A stretch of 37,094 nt of DNA from a virus (Duplodnaviria > Caudoviricetes). The stretch covers positions 1 through 37,094 of the IMG/VR virus record IMGVR_UViG_3300050331_000118. One strand, given 5' to 3'. The notes under the pieces are model-generated. The model saw nothing but the letters and a program-made list of their open reading frames with translations. It had not been told where the DNA came from and ran no database searches. The position numbers and the translations under genes were made by a program. Below are positions 24,562 through 34,267 of the stretch, one piece after another; the stretch's first letter is position 1, and every line of letters begins with the position of its first letter.

Positions 24562-25145
24562 TGCCGCCGGCCGGCGTCAGCATCGTCCTCGACGACGCGG
24601 CCGCCAGGGCGGCGCTCGCCCGCGTGGCCGAGGCGGCGGCACACCCGCGCGGCGCCATGGACGCGATCGGAGCGCATTTCGTGTTCTCGAGCCGGCGCAA
24701 CATCGAGCAGGAGGCCTCGCCCGAGGGCGTGCGCTGGCCGCCGCTGTCGCCCCGGACCGCCAGCAAGCGGGTTGGCCGCGGCCGGCGCGGCACCGCCAAC
24801 ATGCTGCGGGTGAAGGGCCGGCTCTATGCCTCCATCGCCTATGCCGCGACCGACGCCGCCGTCGAGTGGGGCTCCAATTTGCGCTACGCACGCATCCACC
24901 AGCTGGGCGGCGTCATCGCCATGCCGGCCCGCAGCGGCAGCGTCACGCTCAAGAAGATCCGCAAGGGCGGTGGCGTGCGCACGCGCTTTGCCCGCACCGG
25001 CGCCAAGGGCGGCGAAGTCAGGGCCGTCTCGATCCGCGGCCACGAGCTGCGCATCCCCGCGCGGCCCTATATGGGCATCTCCGCCTATGACCGGCAGCGC
25101 GTGCCCGAGATCGTCACCGAGTACCTGGAGGCAGAGGCCAGATGA
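24561..25145 (+). CDS. Virion morphogenesis / tail completion protein (Mu G-like)
   Basis: SPEG..WPPLS..T, L...GRL..SI, GSNLRYARIHQLGG, IPARPYMGIS. Confidence 0.9.
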   Translation: MPPAGVSIVLDDAAARAALARVAEAAAHPRGAMDAIGAHFVFSSRRNIEQEASPEGVRWPPLSPRTASKRVGRGRRGTANMLRVKGRLYASIAYAATDAAVEWGSNLRYARIHQLGGVIAMPARSGSVTLKKIRKGGGVRTRFARTGAKGGEVRAVSIRGHELRIPARPYMGISAYDRQRVPEIVTEYLEAEAR

Positions 25146-25576
25146 GCACGATCGCCGAGATCAAGGCCCGCCTGCTCGCCGCCGGAACGCCGTTCGCCGT
25201 CGTGGCCGGGGCGACGGCGCTCGCCCGGGTGAAGGACCGTCCGACCGGCGTGCTGCCGCAGGCCTTCGTGCTGACGGCCAAGGAAGCGGCCGCCGAGAAC
25301 CAGCGCGCCACGGGCCCGGTGCTGCAGCGCATCGAGCGCGACATCATGGTCGTGATCGTCGCGGAAGACCTGGGCGATGCCGATGGCGACCGCGCCAACG
25401 ACCAGGTCGAAACCTGCTCGGCCTGGTGCAAGGCGCAGCTCGTGGGCCTCGTGCCCTCCGACATGCGCGAGCCGGTTACCTATGTCGGCGGCGAGATCGT
25501 CGAGGCCCGGATCGGCTGCGCCTGGTTCGAGCAGACGTTCGCCGCCCCGATCTATCTCAGCGAAGGAGGCGCCTGA
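25142..25576 (+). CDS. Putative tail terminator (gp37-like)
   Basis: Position between the G-like gene and the tail tube; PQAFV, QL.G..P, WF...F pattern. Confidence 0.65.
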   Translation: MSTIAEIKARLLAAGTPFAVVAGATALARVKDRPTGVLPQAFVLTAKEAAAENQRATGPVLQRIERDIMVVIVAEDLGDADGDRANDQVETCSAWCKAQLVGLVPSDMREPVTYVGGEIVEARIGCAWFEQTFAAPIYLSEGGA

Positions 25577-25731
25577 TGCGCAAGCCGAGCAAGGCAACGA
25601 GCGGGCCGCAGCAGCGGCCGAGCGAGGGCGGCAGCTATGTGCGCCGGCCCGATGGCGGCCTCGAACGCCGGGGCGACCCCCAACCCATGACCCCGGCCGA
25701 GCCGGCACCAACCACCGGAGGCGATGAGTAA
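25576..25731 (+). CDS. Small hypothetical protein
   Basis: AGGAGG RBS, TGATG and TAATG coupling; GGSYVR.PDG.L motif. Confidence 0.55.
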   Translation: MRKPSKATSGPQQRPSEGGSYVRRPDGGLERRGDPQPMTPAEPAPTTGGDE

Positions 25732-26645
25732 TGCTGTCCTCGAAACTGGCGATCCTGGCCAAGCTCGAAACCGTCTACGGCACCGACCCGGTGCCGACCG
25801 GCGCCGCAAATGCCATGGTGCTGTCGGACGTCCGCATCACGCCCTATGAGGGCCGCGAGGACCCGCGCAACATCGTCGCGCCCTACCTGGGCAACATGGG
25901 CGCGAAGTTCTCGGGTTCGTTCGCCCGGCTCGAGGCGAGCTTCGAACTGGCCGGCGCCGGCGCCGCCGGCACCGCCCCCGCCTGGGGGCCGCTGCTGCGC
26001 GGCTGTGGCTTTGCCGAGACCATCGCCGCCGGCGTCGACGTCGACTATTCGCCGGTGTCCGGCGGCTACGAGTCGGTCTCGATCTACTACAACGAGGACG
26101 GCGTCCGGCACGTCCTGCTGGGCGCCCGCGGCAATGTGGTGCTGTCGCTCGAGGCGACCCGCATCCCGCGCGGCCGCATCAACATGGTGGGCCTGCTCGG
26201 CCCCATCGCCGACGCGGCGCTGCCCGCCGTGACCTACACCGGCTTCGAGGAGCCGCTGCCGGTTGGCAAGGCCAATACCACCTTCACCCTCGACGCCGTG
26301 GCGGCGTACATGCACAGCCTCGAGATCGACGGCGGCGCGACCGTGTCGCCGCGCTTCCTCGTCGGCTACGAGGGTATCGACCTCACCAACCGCAGCGCCA
26401 CCGGCACGGTCGTGATCGACAAGCCGGCGATCGCCACCAAGGACTGGTTCGCGGCGCTGGGCAGCCGGGTGGCCCTGGCGCTCGCCCATGGCACCACCGC
26501 CGGCAACATCGTCGAGATCGCCGCCCCCAAGGTGCAGATCGGCCGGCCGACCTCGGGCAGCGCCGAGGGCGTGTCGACGCTGTCGATCCCGCTCGGCTTC
26601 ACGCCCGACGCCGGCAATGACGAGCTCGTCATCACCGTCAAGTAA
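25731..26645 (+). CDS. Major tail (tube) protein
   Basis: ILAKLET.YG.D..PTGAANA, ELAG.G.AGTAPAWGPLLRGCG, HGTTAGNIV, GNDEL; precedes chaperone and tape measure. Confidence 0.85.
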   Translation: MLSSKLAILAKLETVYGTDPVPTGAANAMVLSDVRITPYEGREDPRNIVAPYLGNMGAKFSGSFARLEASFELAGAGAAGTAPAWGPLLRGCGFAETIAAGVDVDYSPVSGGYESVSIYYNEDGVRHVLLGARGNVVLSLEATRIPRGRINMVGLLGPIADAALPAVTYTGFEEPLPVGKANTTFTLDAVAAYMHSLEIDGGATVSPRFLVGYEGIDLTNRSATGTVVIDKPAIATKDWFAALGSRVALALAHGTTAGNIVEIAAPKVQIGRPTSGSAEGVSTLSIPLGFTPDAGNDELVITVK

Positions 26646-26680
26646 CCCGGTCTTCAAGGCCCTTTGAACGGAGCGTCACC

Positions 26681-27052
26681 ATGAAGTTCACGATCACCAC
26701 CGCACACGAGTTCCGCTGGCCGGTCAGCGTCACGCTGCCCGATCCGGAGAAGCCGGGCGAGCACCTCGAGCAGCATTTCGAGGGCGTCTTTTCGGCCATC
26801 CCGCTCGACGAGGCGGAGGCGCTGTTCGAGGGCTTGGACGGCGGCACGGCGGCGGCACGGGCCAGCGAAGCCGAGATCCGGCTGGTCGAGCGGGTGCTCA
26901 TCGGCTGGGAGGGCGTCGTCGATGAGGCCGGCAAGCCGGAGCCGTTCACTCCGCTCGCCCTCGCCCGGGCCAACCAGTGGAGCTGGTTCCGGCGCGCCGT
27001 GATCCAGGCCTACCGCAAGGCCCTGGCCGAGGACCCCGCCAGGGGAAACTGA
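26681..27052 (+). CDS. Tail assembly chaperone (G-like)
   Basis: F.WPV.V..P, VLIGWEGVVDE.G.P.PFT; ends in the slippery heptamer G GGA AAC before TGA. Confidence 0.8.
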   Translation: MKFTITTAHEFRWPVSVTLPDPEKPGEHLEQHFEGVFSAIPLDEAEALFEGLDGGTAAARASEAEIRLVERVLIGWEGVVDEAGKPEPFTPLALARANQWSWFRRAVIQAYRKALAEDPARGN

Positions 27053-27435
27053 TCGCGGCCGCGCGGGCCTGGGCGTTTGCCCAGATGGGCAAGGCAGACC
27101 CGCGGCGGCCGCTAGCGATCGACGATAGCCTGAGGGCGGAGTTCGCCGCCCTGGGCGTCGAGGTGAAGAGCCGGGGGCACGAGGACGAGTTGCTGCAGAT
27201 CTGGGACATCCATGAGCAGGCGTGGCGGGCGTTCCTCGCGCTCGCGACGCAATGGCGCGTGGCCAGCCTCGAAACGCTCGAGCGTGCCCGCCTCGTGCGC
27301 CTCGGGCTCGACTATGCCGCGATCCCGCCGGTGCTGGCGCTGCTCGGCATCCGCAAGGACCGGCAGCGGATTTTCGCGCAGCTCACGGTGCTCGAGCACG
27401 CGGCCCTTGTCGCCTTCGCCGAGGCGCAGAGCTGA
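27043..27435 (+). CDS. Tail chaperone -1 frameshift extension (GT-like, DUF1799-like)
   Basis: Open -1 frame after GGGAAAC (27043-27049); AWRAFLALATQWR...GLDYAA...LE.AAL; stop overlaps the tape measure ATG. Confidence 0.8.
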   Translation, partial: GKLIAAARAWAFAQMGKADPRRPLAIDDSLRAEFAALGVEVKSRGHEDELLQIWDIHEQAWRAFLALATQWRVASLETLERARLVRLGLDYAAIPPVLALLGIRKDRQRIFAQLTVLEHAALVAFAEAQS

Positions 27436-29375
27436 TGCCCGCTCCCTTCGTCATCTCCATGAAGCTGGTCGGCGACGCGAGTTCGGGCGTCGCCGCCGTC
27501 AAACAGCAGCAGGCCTCGCTGCAGGCGCTCGAGGCCACCGCCTTCAACGTGCAGATGAACACGGCCAATATCGCGGCGCAGTTCCAGGACATCGGCGTCA
27601 CGGCCGCCATGGGCATGAACCCGCTGATGATCGCCCTGCAGCAGGGCACGCAGCTGTCGGCCGCGATCGGCTCGGGCCGCGGCCTGCTGGGCACGGTTTC
27701 GGCCCTGAGCAGTGCCTTTGCCTCGATCATCAATCCGGTTTCGCTCGCGACGATCGCCGTGGTCGGGCTGGGCGCCGCCGGCGTGCAAGCCCTAATGGGC
27801 ATGATGAACTCGACGGAAGACGCGACCGCGTCGCTCGAGGAGCATGCCGACTGGCTCGACGAAATCCTCGCGGGCTATGAGCACACGCGCACCGCCGCGG
27901 AGAAGGCGGCCGCGGCGGCGCAGCGCTTGCCGCGAGGCGTGGTGGCCTCCGACCTCGAGGCCAGCCTACGGGACCAGGAAGACCGGGCACGTGCGATCGG
28001 GGAGCGCGTCTCCCAGATGCGTCGCGACATCGAAGCGGCTCTGGCCCAGCAGCAATTAATGGCGGCAGTCGAGCCAACCGCGCCGGGCCTCGATCTAGCC
28101 AACATGCAGGCGGCAATCGACCTGCTCGACCAGTTCGGCCTCAGCGCGACGATGACCTCGGCCGAGCTCGGCGACGTCATGTCGGCGGCGCGGGATCTGC
28201 TGGACACCACCGACAGCCCGATCATCCGCCAGCTGGCGACAGATGTTTTCGACCTGGCTGAGGAGCTCAGGAAGGTCGCCGGTGCTGCGGATATGTCGAG
28301 GGCGGCGCTGGTCGATCTCAACAATCAGGCCGCTCTGATGGAGATCTCCGGCGCGACCGACCGCGCCACGGCCGCAATTGATCGCATCCGCGACTTCGCT
28401 CCGGAACTCCGGAGCCTGCGAGAGCAGGCCGCAGAGGCGCTTGGCGAAGCCCTTGGCGCCCCCGATGCAATCCTGCGGCAGGCCGCCCAGGCCGAGTACG
28501 ACCGGACGATCGCAGCGCTCGACGAACAGGGGCGCCGCCGCGAAGCGGAACGGGTCGGGCGCGCCGGCGGCAAGTCGTTCGACCGCTGGGGTAATGCACA
28601 GGCCGACATGCGCGAGCGCCTCGAGCAGGCGCGCCTCGAAGTGCAATTGCTCGGCGCCTCGACCTTCGAGGCGGAACGGCAGCGCACGGCCCACGAGCTG
28701 CTCAACAAGGCGCGCGAGGCCGGCATTCCCATAACCGACCAGGTGCTGACCCAGATCGGGCAGCTGTCGGGCGAGTACGCCGCCGCCCAGGCGGAACTCG
28801 AGGCGGTCACCGAGGCCCAGCAGCGCGCCAATGAGGAGCTCGACTTCTACCGGGGCACCTTCAGGTCCTTCGTGCTCGACCTCAAGGGCGGCCTCAGGGA
28901 CGGCATGTCGGTGTGGGACGCCTTCGGCAATGCCGGCGCCAATGCCCTTGACCGCATCGCCGATCGCACCCTCGGCATGGCCGCGGACGGCATCTTCGAT
29001 CTCATCTTCGGCGCCGTGATGGGCGGCATCGGCGGCGGGCTGGGCGGCGGCGTCGGCTTTTCGCGGCCCGGCAATTTCTCGATCGGCGGCATGGCGAGCT
29101 ACGCCGCCGGCACCAGCTTTCACCCCGGCGGTCCCGCCCGGGTGCACGGCGAGGAGATCATCGAGCTGCCGCGCGGCACGCGGGTGCACAGCGCCCAATC
29201 GGCTGCCGGCACGCAGCCGGCCGGCCAGAACGTCGTCTTCCAGCTCATCGACCAGCGCCGGTCAGGCACCGTCGATCGGGAAGAGCGGACGGGCCCCAAT
29301 GGCGAGAAGATCCTGCGCGCCATCGTCCGCGACGAAGTGCGCCAGGCCTCGCGCCGCGGCGCCCCGGGGTTCTAG
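27435..29375 (+). CDS. Tail tape measure protein (646 aa)
   Basis: N-terminal AAQFQDIGVT..MGMNPLMIALQQGTQL motif, long Ala-rich helical body, C-terminal YAAGT..HPGG...VHGEEIIELPRG.RV. Confidence 0.92.
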   Translation: MPAPFVISMKLVGDASSGVAAVKQQQASLQALEATAFNVQMNTANIAAQFQDIGVTAAMGMNPLMIALQQGTQLSAAIGSGRGLLGTVSALSSAFASIINPVSLATIAVVGLGAAGVQALMGMMNSTEDATASLEEHADWLDEILAGYEHTRTAAEKAAAAAQRLPRGVVASDLEASLRDQEDRARAIGERVSQMRRDIEAALAQQQLMAAVEPTAPGLDLANMQAAIDLLDQFGLSATMTSAELGDVMSAARDLLDTTDSPIIRQLATDVFDLAEELRKVAGAADMSRAALVDLNNQAALMEISGATDRATAAIDRIRDFAPELRSLREQAAEALGEALGAPDAILRQAAQAEYDRTIAALDEQGRRREAERVGRAGGKSFDRWGNAQADMRERLEQARLEVQLLGASTFEAERQRTAHELLNKAREAGIPITDQVLTQIGQLSGEYAAAQAELEAVTEAQQRANEELDFYRGTFRSFVLDLKGGLRDGMSVWDAFGNAGANALDRIADRTLGMAADGIFDLIFGAVMGGIGGGLGGGVGFSRPGNFSIGGMASYAAGTSFHPGGPARVHGEEIIELPRGTRVHSAQSAAGTQPAGQNVVFQLIDQRRSGTVDREERTGPNGEKILRAIVRDEVRQASRRGAPGF

Positions 29376-29378
29376 GCC

Positions 29379-30005
29379 ATGCCGATCGACATGCCCGCCT
29401 ACGCCTTCGAGAGCATCGGCGTCAGCCCCGAGCTGGGCATCAGCCACGCGCGCACGGAGGCCGGCCTGGTCGTCACCTCGAGGCGCGCCGAGCCATTCTG
29501 GCGCGGCAGGATGACAACGGAGCCGCTGGCCGGTACGCACGGCAGCAACGAGCACGCCGACTTCCGCGCCTTCCTCAGCCGCTGCGTCGATCTCAACCTG
29601 CGCGTCGACTTCGTGCACCCGCGCCACCGCTATCCCTCGGCCTACACGGCGGCGACCTGGCCGATGGCAGACGACGCGACGCTCGCCGCGCTCACCGACC
29701 GCCGCAACATCGTCGTGACCGGGCTCACCGTGGGGATGACCCTGAAGCGTGGGGACCGGCTCGCCCTTTCCCAGGGCAGCCTCATTGCGCATCGCTGGCT
29801 CGCCGCCGACGTCGTCGTCGCCAGCGCGATCGCGCAGGCGCTGGAGCTGACGCCGCGGCTGCCGCTGGGCGTCTTCGAGGCCGGCGCCGCCGTGGCGCTC
29901 AAGGACCCGATCATGCGGCTGATGATCGTCCCCGGTTCCTGGGACGACGAAGAGGTGGGCCAGCCGGCGCCGATCGGGTTCGAGGTCATGGAGTCGCTGG
30001 CGTGA
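29379..30005 (+). CDS. Distal tail protein-like
   Basis: First gene after the tape measure gene; beta-rich; assignment by synteny. Confidence 0.6.
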   Translation: MPIDMPAYAFESIGVSPELGISHARTEAGLVVTSRRAEPFWRGRMTTEPLAGTHGSNEHADFRAFLSRCVDLNLRVDFVHPRHRYPSAYTAATWPMADDATLAALTDRRNIVVTGLTVGMTLKRGDRLALSQGSLIAHRWLAADVVVASAIAQALELTPRLPLGVFEAGAAVALKDPIMRLMIVPGSWDDEEVGQPAPIGFEVMESLA

Positions 30006-30649
30006 AGACGTTCGACCCCGCCACCGTTGCCCGCCACGCCGCCGGCGAAGTCGACGCCATCGATGCGCTGACGCTGGTGTTCGACAGCGGTGTGGTCAAC
30101 CTCGCCATCGGCGTCATCGGGCAGTTCACCTGGGACGATGCCACCCTCGGCACACAGACCTTCCACGGTGCCGGCAAGCTGGTCGAGCTCGACGTGCCGG
30201 AGAGTGCGCTCGGCCCGGAGAGCCGGGCCATTACCGCGACGCTGCACGAGACCTATCTGCCCGAGGGGGCCGACGTCCCTGTCAACGTCTTCGACGACGG
30301 CATCCGCGCCACGATCGACGAAGAGGACTGGGAGGGCCGTACGGCCATCGGCTCGATCTTCTGGCTCGACGCCGGCGGCGCCATCGTCGAGCGCGAGCAG
30401 GTCTTCGTGCGCCAGATCGACGCCATGCCGATCGAATGGGACGAGGCCGGCAACCCGCTGCGCAAGGCGGTGCTCGAGGAGCCCGACATCATCCAGCGCG
30501 ACGTCGAGGGGCGGACGGCCAACACCGAATCCCAGGCGCTCATCGACGCCACCGACGACAGCTTCGTGCATGTGGGCGCGGCGCGCACCGAGAAGATCCA
30601 TTTCGGGCGGCGGGCGGAAACGCCGGTGGAGACCAGAAATGGCCGCTGA
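30002..30649 (+). CDS. Tail tip/hub protein
   Basis: F.GAG.LV.L, EEDWEGR, Q......D..F..V......IHFG; synteny. Confidence 0.6.
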   Translation: MKTFDPATVARHAAGEVDAIDALTLVFDSGVVNLAIGVIGQFTWDDATLGTQTFHGAGKLVELDVPESALGPESRAITATLHETYLPEGADVPVNVFDDGIRATIDEEDWEGRTAIGSIFWLDAGGAIVEREQVFVRQIDAMPIEWDEAGNPLRKAVLEEPDIIQRDVEGRTANTESQALIDATDDSFVHVGAARTEKIHFGRRAETPVETRNGR

Positions 30650-31088
30650 GGACATGCAGATGCGGCCGCGCCCGCCGGGGTGGGAGGCCCGCTACGTGGC
30701 GACGCTGGAGCGCCACCTGGCCGCGCCCTTCGCCTGGGGGGAGTCGGACTGCCTGGTCGTCGTCGCCGATGTCGCCGAGGCCCTGACCGGCCATAATCCG
30801 CTGCCCCCGAAATCCCGCCGCTACCGCTCGGATCTGGCCGCCATGAAACAGCTCCGCCGGCGGGGCTTCGAGACGATCGGGGCGGCGCTCGCGGCCCATT
30901 TTGCCCGCATCCCCACCGTGCAGGCCCGCCGCGGTGACTGCGGGGTGGTCGAGCAGATGGTCGGGGGCCGGCGGCAGCAGGCGGCGGTCATCGTCATGGG
31001 CGCGATCGCCGTGGGCAAGGGCCCTGAGGGGCCGATACACGTGCCTTTGAGCCGACTTAAAGCCGTTTTCGCGATCGGGGGGCGCTGA
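30639..31088 (+). CDS. NlpC/P60-like (DUF6950-like) tail-tip protein
   Basis: PFAWGESDC, ARRGD; position before the J-like gene; start uncertain (30639, 30654 or 30660). Confidence 0.75.
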   Translation: MAAEDMQMRPRPPGWEARYVATLERHLAAPFAWGESDCLVVVADVAEALTGHNPLPPKSRRYRSDLAAMKQLRRRGFETIGAALAAHFARIPTVQARRGDCGVVEQMVGGRRQQAAVIVMGAIAVGKGPEGPIHVPLSRLKAVFAIGGR

Positions 31089-33476
31089 ATGCCGCAGCTG
31101 GCGCCCGTACTCGGCCAGATCGCGATCAACCTTGCAATCGGCGTCGCCGCTTCGGCGCTGGCGAGCGCGTTGCGGCCGGCCGCGCAGCAGCGGCCAGGCA
31201 CCGCCGCAAGGCGCGGCTTCAGCTTCGAGATGACGTCAGGCGAGACGGTGCCCTATTCGGCGGTCTTCGGCCTCGGCCGGGCCCGCGGCTCGCTGCATTA
31301 CTGGAACGAGTATGGCGAGGGCGACGGCTACCATCTGCAGCTCGTTATCCGCGTCGGCGTCGGCGAGCATGACGGGCTCCACACCTTCCTGGTGGATGAA
31401 AAGCCGGTCACCCTTGCCGGCTCCAACGCCGACCCCAAGGGCCGGAGCGTGGTGGAGTACACTGAGGGCGCCACGCCCTATCTCTGGGTCAAATACTACA
31501 CCGGCGCCGCCGGCCAGGTGGCCGACCCGGAGTTGATCGCCAGGGCCAGCCCCGCCGGCCGCTGGACGGCCAACAGCACCGTGACGGGCTGGGCCTACAT
31601 GATCGTGACGATCCGCTATCACGCCGATCTCTACGGCTCGACGCTGCCCCGCTTCGGCTCGGTGTGGCGTGGCCTCAAGCTCTACGACTGGCGGGTGCCC
31701 GGCGCCATCTGGGGCGACCATGCCACTTACGTGTTCAGCTCCAACCCGGCGGTGATCCGCTACAATTTCCGCCGCGGCATCTACGTCAACGGGGTGCGGG
31801 TGCTGGGCATGGGCTTCCCCGCTGCCGCCCAGGACATGGCTTACTACACGGCGGCCGCCAACCGCTGCGACGAGGACTTCTTCGACCCCGAGACCGTGCT
31901 GACCTTCCCGGTGTTCGAGTTCGGCCGCGAGATCGGCGACGAAGAGGAGAAGCTCGGCGTGCTGCGCGAGATCGATGCGAGCTATTGCGGCTCGAGCTTC
32001 AAGCGCGGCGGGGCCGACGCGCCGCTGCCGGCGCAGCAGCTGGTGGCGGTGATGACACTCGCCGATGGCGATCGCCTGCGGCGCGGCGAGGGCAGCTACT
32101 ATCCGGTGACCGCCGACCGCAAGGGCAGCGTGTCGAGCAAGCACACGATGTGGCACGGCGCGTTTGTGTCGGCAGCGGCCGGGTGGGAGCTGGCGCCCTT
32201 CACCCCGCGCGTCAGCGGCGAGCTGGAGAGCGTGCTGGGCGGCCGGCGGGCCACCACGCTCGACCAGCCCTTCGAGCGGCTGCAGCAGCGCGCGCAGCTG
32301 CGGGCGGAGATCGCGCTCAGGCGCCAGCTCTACCCCGCGACCCGCACCGAGACCTTCGGGCCCGTCGCCTTGCGCCTCGAGCCTGGCGACGCCGTCACCC
32401 GCAACTGCGAGTGGGGCACGATGCTCATGGTCGTCGAAAAGACGGACCCGCTGCCCGACCGCACCGGCGTCACCGTCACCCTCAGCCAGTGGAGCAACAC
32501 GATCGTGCCGGCGTCGGGCGACAGCTTCGTCACCATCCCGGCGACGCCCGGCGCCGGGCCGGCCGACCCCAGCCGCACGATCGTGGTCTCGGGCGGCAGT
32601 ATCGTGCCCTACCAGCGCAGCGGCGGCGGCGCCGAGTTGCCGTACGGCCGGGCCACCTGGACGCCGATCACCGACCCCAATGTCGAGCAGGTGCTGATCC
32701 GGCTGTGGCCGTCGAGCGGCACCGAAGCCGACGACAAGGAGGACTTCCTGGCCGACAGCAGGCTGACCAGCGCCAAGCTGGTGGGGCCGCTGCAGCCGGA
32801 GACGGCCTACACGTACAAGTTCCTGCCGATCCGCCGCGACGGCCGCCAGGGCCTGTGGAGCAACCCGGCGGAGTTTGTCACCGGGGCCATGACGGTGCCG
32901 GCGGCCGGCCTCGACGATGAACTGGCGTGGATCAGCGCCCAGGTGCGGCGTACGATCAGCAATATCCATCAGCTGGGCGCACTGCTCACCGAGCAGGACA
33001 TCGCCAACTCCTACGACCGGCAGGAACTCAAGCGGGAGCTGGAGGTCCGCGCCGGGGCGCTCGCGGCGTCGTTCAAGGAGGAGATCAACGTCGCCATCGG
33101 CCCGGGCGGCGCGATTGGGACGGCGCTTTCATCGCTCTACGCGGCCATGGGCGGCAATACGGCCGAAGTGCTGGTGCGCTGGGAGGCCGTCGCCACCCCC
33201 GCGGGCGTGGCCGCACGCTGGGCGCTGCAGCTGTCGGTCGACGGTGCCGCCTTCGCCTCCGCCGGCATCTACCTGGAAGTGAGCGACCTTGGCGTCTCCC
33301 GCATCGTGCTGGATGCCGGCCAGACCGTCATCACCACGGATGGCGGGGGCACGGTTGCGGCGCTGTTCGACGCCAACGGCGCCCTGATCCGCGACCTGCG
33401 GACCGCCACGATCGAGGGGCCGGGAGGCGCCTCCTTCTGGAACCTCACCACCGGCGCCTTCAGGGTCTCGACGTGA
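31089..33476 (+). CDS. Tail tip / host-specificity (J-like) protein
   Basis: GLKLYDWR, SSNPAV, AAANRCDE, LEPGDAV, FN3-like segment (LQPETAYTYK), C-terminal coiled coil and beta region. Confidence 0.85.
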   Translation: MPQLAPVLGQIAINLAIGVAASALASALRPAAQQRPGTAARRGFSFEMTSGETVPYSAVFGLGRARGSLHYWNEYGEGDGYHLQLVIRVGVGEHDGLHTFLVDEKPVTLAGSNADPKGRSVVEYTEGATPYLWVKYYTGAAGQVADPELIARASPAGRWTANSTVTGWAYMIVTIRYHADLYGSTLPRFGSVWRGLKLYDWRVPGAIWGDHATYVFSSNPAVIRYNFRRGIYVNGVRVLGMGFPAAAQDMAYYTAAANRCDEDFFDPETVLTFPVFEFGREIGDEEEKLGVLREIDASYCGSSFKRGGADAPLPAQQLVAVMTLADGDRLRRGEGSYYPVTADRKGSVSSKHTMWHGAFVSAAAGWELAPFTPRVSGELESVLGGRRATTLDQPFERLQQRAQLRAEIALRRQLYPATRTETFGPVALRLEPGDAVTRNCEWGTMLMVVEKTDPLPDRTGVTVTLSQWSNTIVPASGDSFVTIPATPGAGPADPSRTIVVSGGSIVPYQRSGGGAELPYGRATWTPITDPNVEQVLIRLWPSSGTEADDKEDFLADSRLTSAKLVGPLQPETAYTYKFLPIRRDGRQGLWSNPAEFVTGAMTVPAAGLDDELAWISAQVRRTISNIHQLGALLTEQDIANSYDRQELKRELEVRAGALAASFKEEINVAIGPGGAIGTALSSLYAAMGGNTAEVLVRWEAVATPAGVAARWALQLSVDGAAFASAGIYLEVSDLGVSRIVLDAGQTVITTDGGGTVAALFDANGALIRDLRTATIEGPGGASFWNLTTGAFRVST

Positions 33477-34267
33477 TGGCGACCGTGCTCATGACAGACC
33501 CCGCAACGGGCCGCGTGGCCATCTTCGACGAAGCGCCGGGCGGCGGCGATCCGGCCGACCCCAACGCGCTGCGCAACCGGCCGCTCAACAGCCCGGCCGC
33601 CTGGCTGGCCAAGGTCTTCTTCCATTCGGACTTTGACTATTACGAGGTGGTTGCGGGGCCGACCAACGTCGCCATCACGCATCCCACAGTGGCCGGGAAG
33701 ACCACCGAGACGGCCACCCTGCCGAAACTGGTGCACTACGGGCAGACGGTAGTGACCCATCACACCCTTCTCGCCCACGGACTTGGATATGTCCCATCGT
33801 ACATGGTCATCACAGGCAGCATGCTGCTGCCCCCTTGCACCCGCATTCAGGCTGACGGCGCCGGAACGCTCAGCTCGCGCTCGCGCTGGGTGACCCCCTA
33901 CGCGACGACTAGCGCGATCCGGCTGATGGATGTCGGTCATTCCTCCGACGTGGCACTCGCTGCGATGGCGGCGACTTATGGTGTCGTCGTCTTCAAGCAG
34001 CCGGCGTTCAGCAACAACTATCTCTTCGATTTCGACCCCGCCAGCGGGCGGGTACGCCTTGGCAAGGGCAAGTTCGACAGTGCGGTACGACGCCTGCGCC
34101 TTGCCGGCGCCGCCGGAGACTCGCCCTACGACATTCCGCTCGGCCCCACCATTGACATCGCCAACGGCAGAACGCGCGTGGTGCTGCCGGATGGCTCCGT
34201 TCTCAGTGAGAGCGGCTACGACGGCGGCTTCGCGGGCCCGTCAACCTTTCAAGGAGCAATAGCATGA
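33476..34267 (+). CDS. Tail-associated hypothetical protein
   Basis: TGATG coupling; FFHSDFDY, HGLGYVP motifs typical of phage minor tail proteins. Confidence 0.65.
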   Translation: MATVLMTDPATGRVAIFDEAPGGGDPADPNALRNRPLNSPAAWLAKVFFHSDFDYYEVVAGPTNVAITHPTVAGKTTETATLPKLVHYGQTVVTHHTLLAHGLGYVPSYMVITGSMLLPPCTRIQADGAGTLSSRSRWVTPYATTSAIRLMDVGHSSDVALAAMAATYGVVVFKQPAFSNNYLFDFDPASGRVRLGKGKFDSAVRRLRLAGAAGDSPYDIPLGPTIDIANGRTRVVLPDGSVLSESGYDGGFAGPSTFQGAIA

